From the IMG/VR virus record IMGVR_UViG_3300017903_003478, positions 1-29,730 of that record: a stretch of DNA of 29,730 bases; one strand, 5' to 3'. The translations under genes were made by a program, and so were the position numbers. How positions within the stretch are numbered: position 1 is the first letter of the stretch; every line of letters starts with the position of its first letter. This DNA is from a virus (lineage: Duplodnaviria > Caudoviricetes). Under the pieces are notes generated by a model. That model was not told where the DNA came from and searched no databases. It worked only from the letters and a program-made list of their open reading frames with translations. This document shows positions 25,238 to 29,730 of this stretch, piece after piece.

Positions 25238-26167
25238 ATGACAGTTTTTCCGCTAAAATATGATGGAACAAATACACTTCAGGATATGTCTACTTCTGAC
25301 TTAGAACGTGTTACGTACTATCTACAAGTAGCATATGCCGCACAACTAAATGGAAGCGGAGACGGTTACGTTTTTGTAGGATCAGGCGGAACAACCATTG
25401 GTTCAGCATCAGATACATCTGCAACTCAACAAACTAACCAAACTGCTAGAGGTATTAACGACGGTGTTATTCAAGGATTTCCATCTCACCCAGGTATTGG
25501 TGTTGAAACAGATACAACATATTCTTATCAGCAAGATAGAACTACACCAAGTGCAGTGTCATCAACAAATTTTAACTTAAGAGGAATGCTCTTTTATGAT
25601 TCAGCAAACGACGAGCTCGAGCCGTTCTCAACTGAAGCACAGCTAGCTGATGTAATTATTGACCAAGCTATCACTAACATGAGAACCGGTGATGAAGTTG
25701 GTTCTTATCGAGTATCTACGTCGACACCAACAAATGGTGGAGCTGGTACATGGACAGATAAAGGAACTTTCTTTGACGACACTACATTTTCTGCAGGTAC
25801 AACAACATATAAACTCTGGTTGAAAACTGCTCTTGATTCTGTCCCAGGGTCAGATGTATTTCCTGTTGGATTAGATTCAGATGGTGGTGGCACAGTGACT
25901 GGTAATATTCATCAAAGATTAATTGTTAATACAGGTAGTTTGATTCAAAGTGTTTTACTTCCAGCACTTACTCGTAAGATGTCAAGTGGAATGCATTACT
26001 CGGTAGCTACATCGATATCTGGAATTAATCGTGGAGCTTTCACAGATACAAAACAAACAGGAACATCAAATACCACATCACTATCAGGTGGATTTTATAA
26101 ATCAATCAGTACGCCAACTGGTGCCGCTTCAACTGTTACCACTTATTACTTAAACATGCTTGCATAA
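25238..26167 (+). CDS. putative virion structural protein (T/S/G-rich)
   Basis: 309-aa ORF, composition and position in the late block. Confidence 0.65.
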   Translation: MTVFPLKYDGTNTLQDMSTSDLERVTYYLQVAYAAQLNGSGDGYVFVGSGGTTIGSASDTSATQQTNQTARGINDGVIQGFPSHPGIGVETDTTYSYQQDRTTPSAVSSTNFNLRGMLFYDSANDELEPFSTEAQLADVIIDQAITNMRTGDEVGSYRVSTSTPTNGGAGTWTDKGTFFDDTTFSAGTTTYKLWLKTALDSVPGSDVFPVGLDSDGGGTVTGNIHQRLIVNTGSLIQSVLLPALTRKMSSGMHYSVATSISGINRGAFTDTKQTGTSNTTSLSGGFYKSISTPTGAASTVTTYYLNMLA

Positions 26168-26177
26168 GGATATTGAA

Positions 26178-26711
26178 ATGAAAATTAGAGAAGGAAGATT
26201 AGTTAACGCACGATTTACAGATAGAACATGTACGATGATTCGCTGTGAATTTAAAGATTATAGTAAACCTGAAGGCGAGAATCTTAGTATTCAGATGCAC
26301 AGCTATAATCCTGAAAATAAACTTGTACAGCAAATTCTTGCAGAACATTCAGAAGAGGATCTTGAAAGAAATTACGTAGAGTTTAATAAAATGGAAACTT
26401 TACGTAAAAAGATGTTTGAAATTTTTGTAGAGAGATTTGATGAGATTATTGACTATCTCGATAGTGGAGTACCAGCACAAGAAGTTGTTGAAAAACCAGT
26501 TACTCTTGTAAACATCATGAATTTAGCAGATAATGCTGAAGATTTCTTTAAATTAAAACTTGAAATTTTTGAATTACCTCAAGTTAAAAATTCAAAAGAT
26601 CGTAAATGGAAAGCTGCAATGCGTAAAGCAACTACCAGCCTCGAGCTTCTCGGATTGCTAAGCAAGGCTGATGTGGTCCTCGAAAGTGAATCATCCGAAC
26701 AGCAGGATTAA
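26178..26711 (+). CDS. hypothetical protein (177 aa)
   Basis: ORF track 26160-26711; start revised to ATG 26178 after the AAGGA SD. Confidence 0.75.
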   Translation: MKIREGRLVNARFTDRTCTMIRCEFKDYSKPEGENLSIQMHSYNPENKLVQQILAEHSEEDLERNYVEFNKMETLRKKMFEIFVERFDEIIDYLDSGVPAQEVVEKPVTLVNIMNLADNAEDFFKLKLEIFELPQVKNSKDRKWKAAMRKATTSLELLGLLSKADVVLESESSEQQD

Positions 26712-27291
26712 ATTCACCGCCAAGATATATCCAATCACCTGGGTAAGTTGCGTTAGCATTAGCTAGCCAATCTTTATCGTGATGAGCCATTTCTTCCCAG
26801 CGTGTGATCCATGTATCTGGAATAAATTTTAAATCTAATTTTTCACGGACACTGTCTTCTACAAAATACTGTTCACCGTTAACGGGACCGATTGTGGTTC
26901 CGTTTTCAATATAGTATTCCATCCAATGTTCTGGTGCAGCTATAAACTTATCATAGATGTATCTACAATCTTTTGGATAATATTTTTGAAAACCACCATG
27001 TAGTTCATAACCTTCAGCATCTCCCCACCAAGCTCGAGCTGCAATAAATTCTCCAGGGTAAATCGGATAATTGATCATATCCATATAATTATTGATAAGA
27101 CTTACATCAATATCGATTACACAAACAGGCTCGTCAATATCATATGACATTGGAAGGAGTTTATTCCATTGGTGTTTACCAATCGTTTCTTTACGAATCC
27201 ATGTTACGTTTGGTATTTTTGAATTAATGTAGTCTTCGTATTCTGGACCATATCTATCTCCGGTCCTGACAGCGTACACTCGTGTTTCCAT
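26632..27291 (-). CDS. putative GT-A fold glycosyltransferase
   Basis: VRTGDRYGPEY, WNKL, VIDID (DxD), GEQYF, MIHF.G. Confidence 0.7.
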   Translation of the reverse strand: METRVYAVRTGDRYGPEYEDYINSKIPNVTWIRKETIGKHQWNKLLPMSYDIDEPVCVIDIDVSLINNYMDMINYPIYPGEFIAARAWWGDAEGYELHGGFQKYYPKDCRYIYDKFIAAPEHWMEYYIENGTTIGPVNGEQYFVEDSVREKLDLKFIPDTWITRWEEMAHHDKDWLANANATYPGDWIYLGGEFNPAVRMIHFRGPHQPCLAIREARGW

Positions 27292-27800
27292 AATTCATCC
27301 TTAGCGTGATTGTACAGTGTGATTGGTAGTTTGCCTCCACCCCATGCATATGAATCGCATACTCTTCCATAAGTTTCGTAGTCATCAATTTCTTTAAATA
27401 TAAACTCATCGATTCCTTTATTATATTTTACCATATAATATTCTGGATCTTCTGCAAACTTATCGTGAATGTGCGAATAGTCTCCACACCAAGACATAAT
27501 AGAGCTATTGAGTGGCGTATGAAATGCTTCTCTCCACCACGCTCTCAAAAGAGTAAATTTAGTAGTATAAAGATCAACGATAGAACCATTGATAACGATA
27601 TCCAAGTCGAAATAGAGGTATTGACCTTTCCGAAAGCGATCGAACAAAAGAAGCTTATCATAAACACCGCCATAAACAACATCGTCCACAACATGAATCT
27701 CGTCATACTCCCTGTTGTTATTGTCTAGCATGTGCTTGATATTATCCACCCAGATCTGTTGGCCGTAATCAGGTGGTGTGTTTAATAATACTATTTCCAT
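27204..27800 (-). CDS. putative GT-A fold glycosyltransferase (GT8-like motifs)
   Basis: KLLLF, YLYFDLDIVI.G, NSSIMSW, GIDEFI. Confidence 0.75.
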   Translation of the reverse strand: MEIVLLNTPPDYGQQIWVDNIKHMLDNNNREYDEIHVVDDVVYGGVYDKLLLFDRFRKGQYLYFDLDIVINGSIVDLYTTKFTLLRAWWREAFHTPLNSSIMSWCGDYSHIHDKFAEDPEYYMVKYNKGIDEFIFKEIDDYETYGRVCDSYAWGGGKLPITLYNHAKDELWKHECTLSGPEIDMVQNTKTTLIQKYQT

Positions 27801-28423
27801 TTACCCATAACCATAAATCGAATATATTTATTCGGAGTGTTCTCATTCATGCGTTTCCAATCACCATGTATTTCTTTTAATTCGTTCTTTTCTAAAAGTT
27901 CTTGACAGCTGTTAACACAGTTGACATGATCAGGTTCATCTGTTTTATTATTTGATTGAAGTACAAGTAGTGTTCTATCTGGTGATTCAAAGCAATCTTT
28001 CATCATAGACATATCCCACATATGTTCGCATGATGTATTGATAATCATATGTGTACGACGTTTTTCTTTATATGTAAACCAGTCTTGATGAAATACTCGA
28101 ACGTGCCAGTTTTTAAAAATGCAATTATATTTGTTTATTACTCTACAAGCAAATTCATCGATCTCAAAAATATCGATACGATTAATATCATTACCGAACT
28201 TTTGATATAGCAATTCAATAAGTGGATAGCCATACCAAGCGCCTATGATTTCAATATTAAACTTTCCATTTTCATTGCGTGGAATCTGAACTTTATCTAA
28301 ACTATTGACTAGCCACTCTTTACAAATTATTTGATTTGGCGATACACTGTCCCAATATCTTTCAAATTTATCAGCATGATTGTGGCGAAACCAATGTATA
28401 ATCTTAGCGTATTCTATTTTCAT
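27791..28423 (-). CDS. putative class I SAM-dependent methyltransferase-like protein
   Basis: IIGAWYG (motif I-like), IDIFEID, IINTSCEHM, VLQSNN..DHVNC; start revised from 28504 to 28423. Confidence 0.55.
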   Translation of the reverse strand: MKIEYAKIIHWFRHNHADKFERYWDSVSPNQIICKEWLVNSLDKVQIPRNENGKFNIEIIGAWYGYPLIELLYQKFGNDINRIDIFEIDEFACRVINKYNCIFKNWHVRVFHQDWFTYKEKRRTHMIINTSCEHMWDMSMMKDCFESPDRTLLVLQSNNKTDEPDHVNCVNSCQELLEKNELKEIHGDWKRMNENTPNKYIRFMVMGKWK

Positions 28424-28832
28424 CGATCTTACCATAAACATAATAATGTGTTTCATTCTCATCATGGCCTTGATCGTATACTTCGCCGACATTATATAGA
28501 TCAATCAATCGTTGGCAAGAATGAATTGGAGTACAATCACCGTTGTGTTCTTCGTTATCACCAATTAGAATTACATCAGCTCCTCGAGGTAATTTAACTG
28601 GATATGTTTTTTCAACATTCATATGAACAAACAGTTCTGCATCCATATCAACATCATCAAACACAAAGTCTTTGTTAACATAAAAAGGTGTCTTCGAAAA
28701 CTTAGGATCATAATCATAAGCGATCGCATCAACTTCACAAGCATTTGCCATATTTAAAAATTCAGTTACATCGTTCGGTGCTAAGAATATAACTTTATCA
28801 TAGTTAAAAATAATGTGTTTAAGATTTATCAT
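28404..28832 (-). CDS. hypothetical protein, possibly a degenerate paralog of the adjacent methyltransferase-like gene
   Basis: 142-aa coupled ORF with a similar motif order to its neighbour. Confidence 0.6.
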   Translation of the reverse strand: MINLKHIIFNYDKVIFLAPNDVTEFLNMANACEVDAIAYDYDPKFSKTPFYVNKDFVFDDVDMDAELFVHMNVEKTYPVKLPRGADVILIGDNEEHNGDCTPIHSCQRLIDLYNVGEVYDQGHDENETHYYVYGKIDENRIR

Positions 28833-29520
28833 AGCTTTTCCATAATTTAGTTACACGCCAATCAGCTTCGTGCAATTCAACTAAATCATCTTCAATACCT
28901 TTATTTGTGTATTTATGAGAGGTGTTGAATATTGTAACACGACCAGGGAGATCTTTGCCAGAAACATTATAGTTACTTATCAATCCATCTTCCCAGTATT
29001 TGAGTCTATCGTTTCTTGCATGTTGATAAAATAGGTATTTGTCAAGAGACTTGTATGTCCACTCAATTTTATCCCAGTTGTCATTTGTAAATTTTATCAG
29101 CCATTCAGGTTTGTTAAATTTTACAAAAGAACTATTCACGTGGCACGATCCGCCTTTACCATACCAACGCAATGATCTTATCCAATATGGATTCCAATAG
29201 TTCCAAATCATTTTAAAATCTGAAAAATCATCAGCCATACACGTAATATCATCGTGAATTAAGATATCTAAGTCAAGCCACACACCTTCTTCGTGCTTTT
29301 CCATAAGAATTAATTTCTCATAGGTAAACACTCGATCAGTATCGAACTTTCTTAATTCATTAATGTCTTTGATTTCTACTTCTTCTCGTATACCTTTATG
29401 ATAGTCGGTATAGCAAGTCAAAGTAAAAGGTTTATGATAATGCTTTTTGAGGCTACCGTAAAGTCTATTAACATAATTATGACCATACTTATCGCCCCAC
29501 TTCAATGTGTAAAAATTCAT
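28819..29520 (-). CDS. putative GT-A fold glycosyltransferase
   Basis: TLKWGDKYG..YVNRLY, F...CYTD, WLDLDILI (DxD), VNSS. Confidence 0.8.
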   Translation of the reverse strand: MNFYTLKWGDKYGHNYVNRLYGSLKKHYHKPFTLTCYTDYHKGIREEVEIKDINELRKFDTDRVFTYEKLILMEKHEEGVWLDLDILIHDDITCMADDFSDFKMIWNYWNPYWIRSLRWYGKGGSCHVNSSFVKFNKPEWLIKFTNDNWDKIEWTYKSLDKYLFYQHARNDRLKYWEDGLISNYNVSGKDLPGRVTIFNTSHKYTNKGIEDDLVELHEADWRVTKLWKSYDKS

Positions 29521-29729
29521 AATCTATATCCGAAGTGCCTCATAATTTCATCAAACTCAGGTGAACGACATTGTTCTTTATTTCGTTTGTGCTTTGGTTT
29601 ATATATTGGTTTTTTAACTTGTTGAAATCTCATTGTCGCGTGTGGATCATCAATAACATCGGTCCAAGTTGGTAAATCCATTTTATGATAGTTCAACATT
29701 CTTGTTTCGTATGGTACACGAATATGTTT
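29517..29729 (-). CDS. partial CDS (3' end), open to the window edge
   Basis: Frame continues upstream of ATG 29699 (..KHIRVPYETR-MLNYHK..) with no stop. Confidence 0.65.
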   Translation of the reverse strand, partial: KHIRVPYETRMLNYHKMDLPTWTDVIDDPHATMRFQQVKKPIYKPKHKRNKEQCRSPEFDEIMRHFGYRL

Positions 29730-29730
29730 A

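Noticed and set aside
5460-25893. Alternative-frame and antisense ORFs in the track (e.g. 6288-6656, 13534-13923, 18698-19039, 20514-20888, 22096-22413, 24643-24933)
   Set aside because: They lie mostly within well-supported genes, have no recognisable motifs, and are expected shadows of codon bias.
1-29730. CRISPR array, tRNA/rRNA genes, integrase or reverse transcriptase
   Set aside because: None seen; coding density leaves almost no room, and the repeats are not repeat-spacer arrays.

Overview
AT-rich segment of a T4-like (gp33/late-promoter type) myovirus genome, resembling marine T4-like phages; host not identifiable from the window. Layout: (1) 1-2800, an early accessory region of small ORFs (stand-alone NAD+-ligase domain-Ia-like protein, SleB-type cell-wall hydrolase). 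It is bracketed by a 367-bp near-identical direct repeat (1-367 = 2167-2533) carrying two sigma70-type promoters and an uncalled 48-aa ORF. (2) A 380-aa hypothetical, gp33 and gp32. (3) A minus-strand block gp4-gp2-gp54-gp26-gp51-tape-measure-like gene. (4) A plus-strand baseplate block gp48-gp53-hub-gp5-PAAR-gp25-gp6-gp7-gp9-like-gp8, a split DUF4815-like protein and fibre-like genes, with TATAAATA late promoters. (5) A minus-strand glycosyltransferase/methyltransferase-like cluster. Main leads: a candidate programmed -1 frameshift (internal GGAGG, 10 nt, U_UUU_UUA) fusing gp26 to an uncalled gp51 directly upstream of the tape-measure-like gene (lambda G/GT-like); a D-S-[ASDNG] bias in outer baseplate/fibre proteins next to the glycosyltransferases (candidate virion O-glycosylation); the repeat-flanked 2166-bp early module, whose 7 mismatches are all A in the second copy; and probable leaderless late mRNAs for gp2 and gp25. 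All family assignments are by motif recognition, without database searches.
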